Counted from the first letter of the stretch, positions 48,811-59,750 are shown. The stretch is DNA of 64,000 bases from an uncultured delta proteobacterium (GCA_963769935.1 CAVYNY010000010.1:64001-128000), one strand, 5' to 3'. Notes: generated by a model not told the origin, from the sequence alone. Translations and numbers: made by a program.

Positions 48811-50081
48811 GATGTTATTTTCTCCATTCCTCCCATATAGGGCTGAAGCTTCGCGGGGATGGCAACCGACCCGTCGGGCTGTTGAAAATTTTCGAGAATG
48901 GCGGCCACCGTGCGCCCGACGGCAAGTCCGGAACCGTTTAAAGTATGCACAAGCTGGGTACCCTTTTGTCCTTGGCGCTTGAAGCGAATATTGGCGCGCC
49001 GGGCCTGGAAATCTTCAAAATTGCTGCAGGATGAAATTTCGCGGTAAAGGCTCTGGGCCGGCATCCAGACTTCAATATCATAGGTTTTAGCGGCCGAAAA
49101 CCCCAGATCCCCCGTACAAAGTTCAATGACCCGATACGGCAGTTCAAGTTTCTTTAAAATCGCTTCAGCGTCGCCCAACAGGCTTTCAAGCTCATCATAG
49201 GAGGATTCGGGTTGGCTGAATTTGACCAGTTCAACTTTATTAAACTGATGTTGACGAATTAATCCCCGGGTATCCTTGCCATAGGAGCCGGCCTCCGAGC
49301 GAAAGCACGGCGTGCAGGCCGTGTAATAGATCGGCAGCTGATCCTGCTCCAGAATTTCTCCCTGGTGGATGTTGGTCACAGGAACTTCAGCGGTCGGGAT
49401 CAGATAGTATTCCCAGCCCGCCAGTTTAAACAGGTCTGCTTCAAATTTTGGCAGCTGACCGGTGTGGGTCATTGTTTGCCGGTTAACGATAAACGGCGGC
49501 AGAACCTCTTTATAGCCGTGCTCATTGGTATGAGTATCAAGCATAAAATTAATCAAGGCCCGCTCCAGACGGGCTCCGGCACCAAAATAAAGCGGAAAGC
49601 GCGCACCGGTAATTTTGGCAGCACGCTCAAAATCAAATATCTTAAGGCGACTGCCGATTTCCCAGTGGGGTTGGGGTTCAGACTTGAAGGCAGGCAGCTC
49701 ACCAACGGTTCTGACCACCGGATTGTCGGTCTCATCGTCTCCGATAGGCACCGTTGCGTGCGGGATGTTTGGCAATCCCAATAAAATGTCATCGATGATG
49801 GCCTGGTTTTCTGATAGTTTTTTTTCAAGATCTTTGATTCTGGATGATACCGCCCGCATTTCGACGACGGGGGTTTGGGTATTGTCGCCGGCCTTTTTCA
49901 TTTCAGCGATCCGGTCGGAAACGACATTGCGCTGATGGCGCAAGGACTCAATCTCCTGCAACATGGTAAGCCGGTCATCATCGCATTTTTTAAAGGTATC
50001 GAGATCGGCCCGGTAGTTGCGTACCGCCAATGCTTTTCGAACGGCTGATAAATTTTGGCTAACAAACTTGATTTCCAGCAT
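48807..50081 (-). CDS. serS: Serine--tRNA ligase
   Basis: LIPTAEV, FRSEAGS.G.DTRGL.RQHQF.KVE and [10 protein letters not shown]. Confidence 0.98.
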   Translation of the reverse strand: MLEIKFVSQNLSAVRKALAVRNYRADLDTFKKCDDDRLTMLQEIESLRHQRNVVSDRIAEMKKAGDNTQTPVVEMRAVSSRIKDLEKKLSENQAIIDDILLGLPNIPHATVPIGDDETDNPVVRTVGELPAFKSEPQPHWEIGSRLKIFDFERAAKITGARFPLYFGAGARLERALINFMLDTHTNEHGYKEVLPPFIVNRQTMTHTGQLPKFEADLFKLAGWEYYLIPTAEVPVTNIHQGEILEQDQLPIYYTACTPCFRSEAGSYGKDTRGLIRQHQFNKVELVKFSQPESSYDELESLLGDAEAILKKLELPYRVIELCTGDLGFSAAKTYDIEVWMPAQSLYREISSCSNFEDFQARRANIRFKRQGQKGTQLVHTLNGSGLAVGRTVAAILENFQQPDGSVAIPAKLQPYMGGMEKITS

Positions 50082-50250
50082 AAATTACCTTATATTATTA
50101 AGTTTAAGTATCCCATAGTTTAATATGGGGTTGCAAGACATGCCGCAAGTAACACGGACATGTCATTTAGTCAATATTATTTGTATGTTGGCGCTGTCAA
50201 CTGCAAGCCGTGTTTGAAAATTTAACCAAACTGCGATAGGGGGACATCGG

Positions 50251-50838
50251 ATGGAGGAAATTGGTGCCGCAAAAATTCAGATTCGAGAAGACATTGCCAA
50301 AAGTATTTCCGCCCTGTCTGAAAGCGAAATCGCGGAAAAAACCAGGGCCATTGAAGTAAAACTCTTTGATTTTGCGAATTTTATGGAAGCAAAAATAGCC
50401 CTGCTGTATCTCAACGGTGCCTATGAAGTCAAGACGCATAATATCATTAAACGATCATACGACTACGGTAAAATAATCGTTCTCCCCGCTTTTGACCCCG
50501 TAAAATTTGAAATGAACCTGATGAAAGTCGACAACTTCGAAAAGGAATTGATACCCGGTCCCAGGGGCGTGCCGGAGCCGGATCCGAGCCGCTGCAAAAT
50601 TGTGCCGCTGGAGCGCGTTGATATTGCCGTCATACCGGGCCTTGCTTTTGATGAAAAGGGCGCCAGAATTGGTTCGGGCAAGGGCTACTACGACCGGCTG
50701 ATTCCCAGACTGGCGATTACCACCCGTAAAGTCGCCTTGACGTTCGAGGAACAAATCGTCCCGCAGGTACCCATGGACTCCCATGATAAACATGTGGATA
50801 TTATTATAACCGACAAGCGGATCATCTATAAAATATAA
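50251..50838 (+). CDS. 5-formyltetrahydrofolate cyclo-ligase
   Basis: PGLAFD..G.RIG.G.GYYDR and HD..VD.IIT. Confidence 0.92.
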   Translation: MEEIGAAKIQIREDIAKSISALSESEIAEKTRAIEVKLFDFANFMEAKIALLYLNGAYEVKTHNIIKRSYDYGKIIVLPAFDPVKFEMNLMKVDNFEKELIPGPRGVPEPDPSRCKIVPLERVDIAVIPGLAFDEKGARIGSGKGYYDRLIPRLAITTRKVALTFEEQIVPQVPMDSHDKHVDIIITDKRIIYKI

Positions 50839-50843
50839 TGGTT

Positions 50844-51842
50844 TCACGGATTCAATATCTTCTCAAGTTTTTGCAGATTATCTAATTCCCCCACGGCAAT
50901 AACCGTATCATTCGGCATGATGGCCGCCTCAAATGAAGGATTGAACAGCATACTGCCGTCCGGCTTCTTGATTGCGATAATAATCAGATTGAAATTTTTC
51001 CTGATACCGGAATCCTTGAGTTGAACGTTGACCAGCCTGGACAATTCGCTGACGGGGATTTCCTCCATCTGGATATCTTTGCGCTGATGCTCAAAGGCCA
51101 GATCCAGAAAATTGGTTACGGTAGGACGAATAATGCGGTGGGCCATGCTGACGGCGCCCATCTCGTAAGGCGATTGTACGAAGTCCGCGCCGGCGGCCTC
51201 AAATTTCTTTTTGACTTTTTCCTGACTGGCCCGCGCAGTTATTTTGAGATCCGGAGCAAGTTGCCGGGCCGTCAAAACCAAAAAAACGTTGTCCGTATCG
51301 GTGGCCAGAGCGGCGACCAGTCCGGTCGCCCGTTTGATGCCGGCCCTGATCAGAACAGCTTCGTCGGCCGCATCACCGGATACATACAATACTTCGTCCG
51401 CATCCATGACAGGTATCAATTCCGGGTTGTTTTCGATGACCACCACCTCGAGCGGTTTTCTTCGCAGATCGCGACACAAAATCCGACCGATGCGTCCATA
51501 TCCGCAAACAATATAATGATTTTTCAAGCGATTAATTTTCTGGTCCAACCTTCGCCTCCCCATTATAATTCTAATACGTCCTTCTACCATAAATTGCACT
51601 ACGGCAGCGGCAACATACAGAGTAAACCCAACACCACTGGCAACCAGAAGAACCGTAAAAATACGCCCGAGATCGCCAAGCTGGTTCACTTCTCGATAAC
51701 CAACCGTAGATATTGTAATGACAGTCATATATAAAGCGTCTAAAAATCCCCATTTTTCGATGAGCATGTAGCCGGCCGTGCCGATAAAGAGAATGAAGAG
51801 CGAGAGGAAAAGTGAAATAACAAGATGTCGGGTGCTTTTCAT
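50844..51842 (-). CDS. Two-TM ion channel with TrkA-N/TrkA-C (RCK) domains
   Basis: DALYM...TISTVGY pore, CGYGRIG, RCK-C. Confidence 0.9.
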   Translation of the reverse strand: MKSTRHLVISLFLSLFILFIGTAGYMLIEKWGFLDALYMTVITISTVGYREVNQLGDLGRIFTVLLVASGVGFTLYVAAAVVQFMVEGRIRIIMGRRRLDQKINRLKNHYIVCGYGRIGRILCRDLRRKPLEVVVIENNPELIPVMDADEVLYVSGDAADEAVLIRAGIKRATGLVAALATDTDNVFLVLTARQLAPDLKITARASQEKVKKKFEAAGADFVQSPYEMGAVSMAHRIIRPTVTNFLDLAFEHQRKDIQMEEIPVSELSRLVNVQLKDSGIRKNFNLIIIAIKKPDGSMLFNPSFEAAIMPNDTVIAVGELDNLQKLEKILNP

Positions 51843-52085
51843 TTCACCGCCTGCATGGTGGATACCAAAAGTCTTTAATTTTAAATTATGTTAATATGTT
51901 ATAAAAAAATCAAGCAGTTTTTAGGATTTGGACGTACAGATCAATGTAATTTTTTGCCTTAAAGATCGGCCCACTGCCCAGGTGGGAAAAAATCACGCAT
52001 TTTTACAAGGCTGGCATCTTGACCTTACCCATCCAACTTGATAAAAAAACATGAACTATTCAGAAAAGCCCGGGGTACCGCTACA

Positions 52086-52745
52086 ATGGAAAAAGAGTTT
52101 TTTAAATATGAACGCCAGCGAGAAGAAATGGTGCGCAATCAGATTGAAGCCAGAGGCATCAAGGATCCAATGGTTCTGGCCGCATTTCGCAATGTTCCCC
52201 GGCATCTGTTTGTAAGTGAGGCTTTGAGGGATCAGGCCTATGGCGACTATCCGCTGCCGATCGGAGAACAGCAGACCATTTCTCAACCGTATATCGTTGC
52301 GGAAATGACCCAGACTTTGAAGCTTAATAAAGACGACCGGGTTCTTGAGATCGGCACCGGTTCGGGCTATCAGTCCGCCATTCTATCCCAAATCGTGTAT
52401 CGGGTTTATACCATCGAACGCATACGATCTTTATATATGCAGGCGCGCAGCCTTTTTGACAAACTTCATTATCATAATATTGTAACCCGGTGTGCCGACG
52501 GTACAAAAGGTTGGCAGAATGAAAGCCCGTTTGATGCGATTGTTGTGACTGCCGGCGCGCCGGAAATTCCGGACGTACTGGTCAAGCAACTCATCATAGG
52601 CGGGCGGTTGGTGGTTCCCGTCGGCAACCAGCATACTCAGGATCTCATTAAAATCTATCGCGACGAAAATAGCGTTCAGCAAACCAACCTCGGCGGATGC
52701 AGATTTGTCAAGCTTGTAGGAGAACATGGCTGGAAGGCAAATTGA
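52086..52745 (+). CDS. pcm: Protein-L-isoaspartate O-methyltransferase
   Basis: QTISQPY, VLEIGTGSGY and FD.I.VTA.A. Confidence 0.95.
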   Translation: MEKEFFKYERQREEMVRNQIEARGIKDPMVLAAFRNVPRHLFVSEALRDQAYGDYPLPIGEQQTISQPYIVAEMTQTLKLNKDDRVLEIGTGSGYQSAILSQIVYRVYTIERIRSLYMQARSLFDKLHYHNIVTRCADGTKGWQNESPFDAIVVTAGAPEIPDVLVKQLIIGGRLVVPVGNQHTQDLIKIYRDENSVQQTNLGGCRFVKLVGEHGWKAN

Positions 52746-52784
52746 ATTTTTCAAATATAAATCCTGCCGAATCCCCGGGGGAGC

Positions 52785-53273
52785 TTAAGATATTTGGGCA
52801 TACTTTTCTTTAATTTTTTTCTCTACCACCGGCGGCACCATACCTTCAATGTTGCCGCCAAACTGAGCGGCTTCCTTGATGATTGATGAACTGGTATAAA
52901 TCCACCGCAAGCCGGTCATCAAAAAGACCGTTTGAATCTCCCGATTAAGCCTGCGGTTCATCAGCGCCATTTGAAACTCATATTCAAAATCCGACAGGGC
53001 ACGCAGCCCCCGCAGGATGCCCTGCGCATTGCATCGAGCGGCAAAATCCACTGTAAGACCATCAAAGGTGTCGATTGATACACCTGATAAATCTTTCAGA
53101 CTGTTCTCCAGCATTTCTATTCGTTCTTTAAGGGTGAAAAGAAATATTTTCTTCGGGTTTGTCAAAATGGCAACAATAATTTTGTCGAAAAGTTTCAAAC
53201 CTCTCTCAAGAATATCCAGATGGCCGTTGGTCACAGGATCAAAAGAACCGGGATAAATAGCTATTCTTTCCAT
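52785..53273 (-). CDS. coaD: Phosphopantetheine adenylyltransferase
   Basis: YPGSFDP.TNGH and RGLR..SDFEYE. Confidence 0.97.
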   Translation of the reverse strand: MERIAIYPGSFDPVTNGHLDILERGLKLFDKIIVAILTNPKKIFLFTLKERIEMLENSLKDLSGVSIDTFDGLTVDFAARCNAQGILRGLRALSDFEYEFQMALMNRRLNREIQTVFLMTGLRWIYTSSSIIKEAAQFGGNIEGMVPPVVEKKIKEKYAQIS

Positions 53274-53286
53274 GTTTTCTTTCCCC

Positions 53287-53847
53287 TCATATCAAGTATA
53301 ATAAAAATGAGACAAGCGTTTTTCCGTATCGACGCTGATCTTTAATTTCAAAAGGAAGCTGAGCGGCTATGAGCGGCTCCCGGTTGGAATGTTCTACTAT
53401 GAGCCGGGCGCCATTGACCATGGATTGACTAAGGTGCAGATTAGACAGGGTGGGCGTAATCATTTCTTTATTGTAAGGCGGATCCATGAATACCAGATTA
53501 AATGTCATTGCCAATGGCTGCAGGCAATTCAAATTTTTGGTCAGGTCCCATCGAATGAGTTTTGCTCGCCTTTCAAGGCCCAGACTTTTAATATTGGCTT
53601 GCAGCACGGAAATGCAATCACCATCAATATCAATGAAAACAGCTTTTGCGGCGCCGCGACTCAACGCCTCGATGCCATATGCGCCGGTCCCGGAGAAAAG
53701 ATCCAACACGCTGCAATTGCGAATTTGAGGAGCGAGGATGTTAAATATTGCTTCACGAATTCGATTGGCGGTGGGTCTCGTTTTGGTGCCCTGAACCGAG
53801 CGAAGCTTTCGGCCTTTAAACTCACCGGAGATAATCCGCAAAGCCAT
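53287..53847 (-). CDS. rsmD: 16S rRNA (guanine966-N2) methyltransferase
   Basis: RPT, LDLFSGTG..G.EALSRGA and DPPY. Confidence 0.95.
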   Translation of the reverse strand: MALRIISGEFKGRKLRSVQGTKTRPTANRIREAIFNILAPQIRNCSVLDLFSGTGAYGIEALSRGAAKAVFIDIDGDCISVLQANIKSLGLERRAKLIRWDLTKNLNCLQPLAMTFNLVFMDPPYNKEMITPTLSNLHLSQSMVNGARLIVEHSNREPLIAAQLPFEIKDQRRYGKTLVSFLLYLI

Positions 53848-53856
53848 TCCCAGCCC

Positions 53857-55212
53857 CTATTGATAGCTTTTGATCTTCTTGTGTAAGTAGCTTCGCCCAA
53901 CCCCTATGGCTTCGGCCGTTTTGGTAATATTGTTTTGATACCGGTCAAGTTTGCGATTGATAAATTCCTTTTCAAACGCCAGCTTGGCTTCTTTAAGGTT
54001 GTCTATCTGAAGCAGTTCTGCTTCTCCCATCTCTGCAATCGCACAGGCTTCTGCATTATAGGCAGCAGGGATATCCTGGCTGTCAATAGCCTCGCCTTCC
54101 GCCATTATAGCCAGCCGCTCCACCAGATTTTTGAGTTCTCTGACATTGCCCGGCCAGGAATACTTAGTCAGGATGTCAAGTGCTTCAGGGGTTATCTTCA
54201 TCTGTTTGCTGCGATTTTGAACTGCGAACTCCTTAAAAAAGGTGTCCACCAGCACAGGAATATCTTCAATCCGCTGTCTTAGAGGGGGGACCTCGATCGG
54301 CAGAACATTGAGCCGGTAAAAAAGATCCTCTCTGAATCGGCCTTTTTCAATTTCCTTTTCAAGGTTTTTATTGCTGGCCGCAATGACTCTGACATGGACC
54401 TTAATCGTGCGACTGCCGCCGACGCGTTGGATTTTCTGTTCTTGAAGAACGCGTAAAAATTTGGCCTGGGTTTTAAGGCTCATGTCCCCGATTTCGTCCA
54501 GAAAAACAGTCCCCTGGCTGGCCAGTTCGAATTTACCGATTTTTTTGGTATTGGCGCCGTGGAATGCTCCTTTTTCATGACCGAAAAGTTCACTTTCGAT
54601 CAGATCCTCGGGAATCGCCGCACAGCTTACGTCAATTAGCGGATGCTCGGCACGCGGACTCAGATGATGTATCATACGGGCAACAAGCTCCTTACCGGTA
54701 CCATTTTCACCATTTATCAAAATCCAGGTCGCGGTGGATGCAGCCTTGGCGATATTTTTTTTCAATTCGATTGTATTCGGGCTGTTGCCATTGATGGAGT
54801 TTTTTTCGATAGTTTTCTTGCGCAGATATTTGATTTCTTCCTCAAGACGTCTGAAATTCAGGGCATTGTTGATAGCCACGATTACCTTGTCGATTGAAAG
54901 CGGCTTTTCAATGAGGTCGAAGGCCCCGAGTTTGGTAGCTTTAACGGCCGTTTCTATCGTTCCGTGGCCGGTTATAATGATAACCTGGATATTCGGATTT
55001 TCTCTCTTGATTTCTTTCAGTGTTTCGATTCCGTCGATACCGGGCATCCATATGTCCAGCAAGACCAGATCCGGTGAATCGGCATCAATGATTTTCAAGG
55101 CCTCGTACCCATTTAAAGCCGTGGCAACCTCAAAGCCTTCATCCGAAAGCAGACCACTCAAGCTCTGCAAAATGGAAGGTTCGTCATCCACGATTAAAAG
55201 TGAGGGAAACAT
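53857..55212 (-). CDS. ntrX: NtrX-like response regulator
   Basis: LDIWMPG REC, AAA+ and HTH; downstream of ntrY. Confidence 0.88.
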   Translation of the reverse strand: MFPSLLIVDDEPSILQSLSGLLSDEGFEVATALNGYEALKIIDADSPDLVLLDIWMPGIDGIETLKEIKRENPNIQVIIITGHGTIETAVKATKLGAFDLIEKPLSIDKVIVAINNALNFRRLEEEIKYLRKKTIEKNSINGNSPNTIELKKNIAKAASTATWILINGENGTGKELVARMIHHLSPRAEHPLIDVSCAAIPEDLIESELFGHEKGAFHGANTKKIGKFELASQGTVFLDEIGDMSLKTQAKFLRVLQEQKIQRVGGSRTIKVHVRVIAASNKNLEKEIEKGRFREDLFYRLNVLPIEVPPLRQRIEDIPVLVDTFFKEFAVQNRSKQMKITPEALDILTKYSWPGNVRELKNLVERLAIMAEGEAIDSQDIPAAYNAEACAIAEMGEAELLQIDNLKEAKLAFEKEFINRKLDRYQNNITKTAEAIGVGRSYLHKKIKSYQ

Positions 55213-55288
55213 AAAATATCCTTTAACCAACTGTCAGAGGGTTAGATGTTCAGGTTCATTGAATCGAGAGCGTTTTCTAATCGATAAA

Positions 55289-55440
55289 GTCTGTCGTTTG
55301 TTGTCTATTGTCTGTTGTCTGTTGGAAAAACTCGAGAAGCTATGCAAATTGATTTCTAATGTTATATAGGGTTGTGGGCGCGAAAATTCCAAATATGAAT
55401 ATTATTTTAACCACAGACAACTCACCACAAACAACCCACA
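55289..55440. repeat. Inverted pair of heptamer arrays (GTCTGTT / AACAGAC-like) in the ntrY-ntrX spacer
   Basis: 55289-55325 gtctgtc gtttgtt gtctatt gtctgtt gtctgtt and 55409-55440 aaccacagacaactcaccacaaacaacccaca. Confidence 0.75.
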
Positions 55441-55444
55441 TTCT

Positions 55445-57679
55445 TTAAACCGGCAGTTCAATGACGAATTTTGCGCCCCGGGGGACGTTATCATGAGCGC
55501 TGATAAAACCGTTGTGATCTGCGATAATAGTGCTGACAATCGTAAGACCCAACCCCATGCCGCTTTTTTTGGTTGAAAAATTGGGTTCAAATAAGCGCGT
55601 TTTATCCCCGTTGGCAATCCCGGGTCCATTATCGGCCACTTCTATCCGAATCTTTTTTAAAATAGAATCATATGTGACGTCAAAAGTCACAAGGCCATCT
55701 TCTTTGATAGCGCCGATGGCATTGTCGATCAGGTTGATAAATGCCTGTTTTATCTGCTGACGATCAAGGTTAAGGCGCGGGATATCGCCGGTATTCTTGA
55801 TTTCAAATTTAATATTCAGGTGGCCCTCACGGTATAACGCCAAGGATTCTTCAATAATCGGCATTAAATCGCAGGGTTTGGGGTTGGCACTGGGAAATCG
55901 TGCGAATGATGAAAATTCATTTACCAGATTGCGTATCAATTCCACATGGTCAATGATGGTTTGCGTGCACTCATTAAATACCGGTTCATTGATTTGCCTG
56001 GAATATTTGCGTTTCAGTCGCTGGGCCGAAAGGGTAATCGGGGTGAGGGGGTTTTTGACCTCATGTGCGATCCGGCGCGCAACTTCACGCCAGGCCGCCA
56101 TTCGCTGACCTTTTTCCATTTCGGTCAAGTCATCAAACACCATCACAATTCCCATATGTTTTCCGGCGTCGTCCCTTAAAACACTCATCGTTACCAGGAG
56201 GCTGCGCGGTCTTCCCTGGACGGTAAGTTTAAGCGGCACATCTATGGTTGCATCCCGGGCTATGGAGAGGTTGGTCATTATTTCATCGGCAAGATCCCTG
56301 TTCTGCACCTTTAACAGCGTATTGAAACTGCGGTTCAGCACCTTCTCCGAATTGACGCCCAGCATTTTCTCAGCCGATTTATTTATGGTGGAAACCAGAC
56401 CGTCGGCATCCAGGGTCACCACGCCGGCAGAGACACTTTTTAGTACAAATTCCATATATTGGCGTTTTTCTTCAATTTCGATATTTTGCTCTTTAAGCAT
56501 GCGGGCCGAAAATTCCAACTGCTGCCGGCTGGTTCTAAGATCTCGGGTCATTTTATTAAAGGAATTGACCAGGCTGCCGATTTCATCATCCGCGACCGAG
56601 GCGATCGTAAAGCTCAGATCACCCTCGGCAACTCGGCGGGTGCCTTCGGCCATTTCTTTGATAGGAATGCTGATGGTTTTTGCCAGGTAAAATCCGAACC
56701 AGATCGCACAAAATAACACCAGCAAAGCCACTATGGAAAGAGAGATGTAGTAGGTAAGTTGAATGGGCTTTTTATAAAGTTTGATCTGCTGGTACTCCTC
56801 AAACCCTCGCGATATCGATTCTAAATTGCGATATAAATCCGGCGGTATCAAAACCGTTACCACCACAAAACCGACAGCGTCATCGGCGGCGACCCCAAAG
56901 GGGATCCGGCCGATAGTTTTAATAAATTCTCCGGATGGAATTTCCTGGGTGATGGACCGCACGCCGTTGTCGGGAATTTCCTTCTGCAGGTTTTCGGCGG
57001 AAACCTGACCGAAAAATTCGTTCTCCAGTTTTGACTCTAGTGAAAACATGATGCGCTGGGTATTGGCACCATAGACTTCGACGCCATCAAGATTAAATTC
57101 CCGTTGAACCACATGCAGATACTGGGTCAGGGCCTTTAATTTTTCAGGATTTAATAGATCCTTGTTTTTAATCTGATACGATATTCGCTCCAAAAAAAAC
57201 CGGCTGTTGTCCTCCACCCGGTCATATAGCCTGGCGCCAACCCGCAGTGAATTTTCCAACGCCTGTTCGACAGGAACGTTAAACCAGAATTCAATGCTGG
57301 TCGTTATAAAATTGATGGAAAAGAAAAACAGTACCCCAGTTGGAACAATGGTAAGAACAAGAAACGCCACCACCAGACGCGTTCGCAGTTTGGCGCCCAT
57401 CACCTTGCGCTTACGGTCATAGAGTAATTTCACGAGATTTCTGAAAACCAGAAATATCAGCAGAATCAAAAGCAGCAGATTGATATTGATCAGGATGAAC
57501 ATCAAAATGGTATTCGAAACCGGGATATCAGCGCCGAACTGAATGGTTCTGCTTTCTATAAAAGTCAGCAGGGCCACCACAATTAAGATGACAATGATAA
57601 TAATGCTTTCGCGGCGGCGGCGTTTGCGGTCGGCGTCACTGGCAGGGTTTTTGTCCTGTTTAAGTTCAGATCCGGTCAT
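55445..57679 (-). CDS. ntrY: NtrY-like sensor histidine kinase (HAMP, PAS)
   Basis: AWREVARRIAHEVKNPLTPI.LSA.RL signature. Confidence 0.92.
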   Translation of the reverse strand: MTGSELKQDKNPASDADRKRRRRESIIIIVILIVVALLTFIESRTIQFGADIPVSNTILMFILININLLLLILLIFLVFRNLVKLLYDRKRKVMGAKLRTRLVVAFLVLTIVPTGVLFFFSINFITTSIEFWFNVPVEQALENSLRVGARLYDRVEDNSRFFLERISYQIKNKDLLNPEKLKALTQYLHVVQREFNLDGVEVYGANTQRIMFSLESKLENEFFGQVSAENLQKEIPDNGVRSITQEIPSGEFIKTIGRIPFGVAADDAVGFVVVTVLIPPDLYRNLESISRGFEEYQQIKLYKKPIQLTYYISLSIVALLVLFCAIWFGFYLAKTISIPIKEMAEGTRRVAEGDLSFTIASVADDEIGSLVNSFNKMTRDLRTSRQQLEFSARMLKEQNIEIEEKRQYMEFVLKSVSAGVVTLDADGLVSTINKSAEKMLGVNSEKVLNRSFNTLLKVQNRDLADEIMTNLSIARDATIDVPLKLTVQGRPRSLLVTMSVLRDDAGKHMGIVMVFDDLTEMEKGQRMAAWREVARRIAHEVKNPLTPITLSAQRLKRKYSRQINEPVFNECTQTIIDHVELIRNLVNEFSSFARFPSANPKPCDLMPIIEESLALYREGHLNIKFEIKNTGDIPRLNLDRQQIKQAFINLIDNAIGAIKEDGLVTFDVTYDSILKKIRIEVADNGPGIANGDKTRLFEPNFSTKKSGMGLGLTIVSTIIADHNGFISAHDNVPRGAKFVIELPV

Positions 57680-57709
57680 GATATCTGTGGAGGGACAACC
57701 ACTCTGTTT

Positions 57710-58282
57710 TTAGTAGATGAAATCAATGGTGTACCAATCGGTTTCTATATCCCATAAGGAAACAAAAAAAAGAACATAGTGCAGATAAAATGGAAGGGTT
57801 TGCTTGCTCACCTCGGCTTTGGTTCTAAGTTGGTATTGCTGGCCCTTTTCCAGCTGACCCAGCGGTATAATCTTTAAGCTGTTGACTTCGGTCATCCATT
57901 TCTGAGCTTCACTGAAGGATTTGGTCACTTCAGGCTCATTATTTTTCCATGAGCGTCTGACAATGAACTCTTTTTTTAAATTATCATATTTAATGGTGTG
58001 TGTTACCGTAATATCGGCAATTTCCTGGTCGACCCACAAATTGCGAACCCTGTTTAATTTGGCTAAAAATGAAAATGTCGCCGGCACGCCGCTGAGGATA
58101 GCTTTATCCAATTTTTCGTTGAAGGCGCCCTCCAGATTCAGATACAACAGCAGATTGTCGCGGGTATTGGAAACAGTAATGTTGGTAAGCCGGGCTTCCT
58201 GCGCAATGGCAGGTTCATGGCCGATTAGGCACATACCCAGCAACAAAGCCCATATTATCTGTTTCCTCAATGCGAATGCCAT
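57710..58282 (-). CDS. DUF4390 family periplasmic protein
   Basis: Signal peptide; AI.SG.P..F.F, I.YD.L and W..ETDW; usual position upstream of ntrYX. Confidence 0.8.
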   Translation of the reverse strand: MAFALRKQIIWALLLGMCLIGHEPAIAQEARLTNITVSNTRDNLLLYLNLEGAFNEKLDKAILSGVPATFSFLAKLNRVRNLWVDQEIADITVTHTIKYDNLKKEFIVRRSWKNNEPEVTKSFSEAQKWMTEVNSLKIIPLGQLEKGQQYQLRTKAEVSKQTLPFYLHYVLFFVSLWDIETDWYTIDFIY

Positions 58283-58532
58283 AAAAGTACGCTTTAGGAT
58301 TGACGAAGGTTCAATTTCCGGTTTCCGGGCAATCCAAGCATCTGTCCTTAACAATAATTGTCAATGATAAATGCCACTGAACATCACCAGCGGCAGCAAG
58401 AGACGTTTCACAACTAAAGCTGGATAAGATGGCGGTTGCAGGTCGTATGGTCTTGACGATGACCTGATTATGAATATGGATCGCGGCACGGTTTACAACG
58501 GTTTATCTTTTTAATTAATATCGGAAACCGAT

Positions 58533-59444
58533 TTAAATAGCAAGGAATTTTGCCGTCTTGGAGGCAGGTTCAGCAGGCTTGGGCAGCGTCCGGGTCTGCC
58601 AGGATGCCTTATTTTTAAAGAAATTTTCGAGGAAGGCATGGTTGAAAGCATGGCCCGATTTATGGGTGACAATATGGCCCAGGATCGGCATACCGAGCAG
58701 TGAGAAGTCCCCGATGCAGTCCAGCAGTTTATGCCGCACAAACTCATCCTGAAAACGCAGTCCTTCTTTGTTCAGGATGCCTTTCTCATGGATCACGACC
58801 GCGTTGTCCAGAGATCCACCACGGGCAAGGCCATAGCGTTTCATGTATTCCACCTCATGCAAAAAACCAAAGGTGCGGGCACTGGAAATTTCACGTTCGA
58901 ATATGTAGTCCACGACTTCTATCGTGTAGGACTGCTTGCGGATGATGGGATGCTCAAAATCAATATTGCAGGTTATTTTAAATGTTGTGTCCGGATAGGC
59001 ACCGACGAACTTACCATCCTGTTCCAACACAATCGGCTCTTTTAACACAAAAAAATGGCGCGCGGCCTCCTGTTCCCGAATACCGGCCTGCATAATCATA
59101 CGGGTAAACGGCCCGGCACTGCCGTCCATCACCGGTACTTCATAGGAATCAAGCTCTGCCATAGCGTTGTCAATGGACAACCCGGCCAGGCATGCCATCA
59201 GGTGCTCGATGGTGGAGACAATCACACCGTCTAATCCGATCACGGTCGCCATACTGGTATCTACGACACAATTAAACCGGGCGGGAATGGTAGGATCATC
59301 CGGCAGGTCTTTGCGGACAAATTTAATTCCATAATTAACAGGTGCCGGCTTAAGCGTCAGGTGAACCGTTCTGCCGGAATGAAGTCCGACGCCTGAAAAG
59401 CGGACATCATTACAAAGGGTTCTTTGATATGTGGGTATGCACAT
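58533..59444 (-). CDS. lpxC: UDP-3-O-acyl-N-acetylglucosamine deacetylase
   Basis: GVGLHSG, TIEHL, DGSA, ARTFGF and HKLLD.IGD. Confidence 0.97.
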   Translation of the reverse strand: MCIPTYQRTLCNDVRFSGVGLHSGRTVHLTLKPAPVNYGIKFVRKDLPDDPTIPARFNCVVDTSMATVIGLDGVIVSTIEHLMACLAGLSIDNAMAELDSYEVPVMDGSAGPFTRMIMQAGIREQEAARHFFVLKEPIVLEQDGKFVGAYPDTTFKITCNIDFEHPIIRKQSYTIEVVDYIFEREISSARTFGFLHEVEYMKRYGLARGGSLDNAVVIHEKGILNKEGLRFQDEFVRHKLLDCIGDFSLLGMPILGHIVTHKSGHAFNHAFLENFFKNKASWQTRTLPKPAEPASKTAKFLAI

Positions 59445-59503
59445 GAATGAATATCTTTTAAGGATGCCGCGCATCCAGTTAAAAAGTCAGAATAGCCGAT
59501 GCT

Positions 59504-59532
59504 CTTATACCATACGGCGGGGCAATGGTCAA
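59504..59532 (-). promoter_or_regulatory. Sigma-70 promoter for lpxC
   Basis: TTGACC-N17-TATAAG with extended -10 TG. Confidence 0.6.
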
Positions 59533-59750
59533 ATCTATTTAAATATTCGAAATTATAATCATTTTGGCAAAAGCCTCAACCAGTCTATAGCCATTGTTCA
59601 TCGATGAATTAAGATTCATTCACGGAAAATTCCGGCCATGCCCGGCTGAACAAAAAGATTGTTCTGGCAAGCGCTATTTGCTATAGGCTTGAGGTGCGCG
59701 TTCCATCTTGCGTACGTTCGTGGTGAATTAATTCTTTTGAGGGAGCGGAT

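Noticed and set aside
50082..50250. 6S RNA upstream of the 5-formyl-THF cyclo-ligase gene, and a sigma-54 motif
   Set aside because: The spacer is short, AT-rich and lacks the long rod structure; the GG/GC spacing is 11, not 10.
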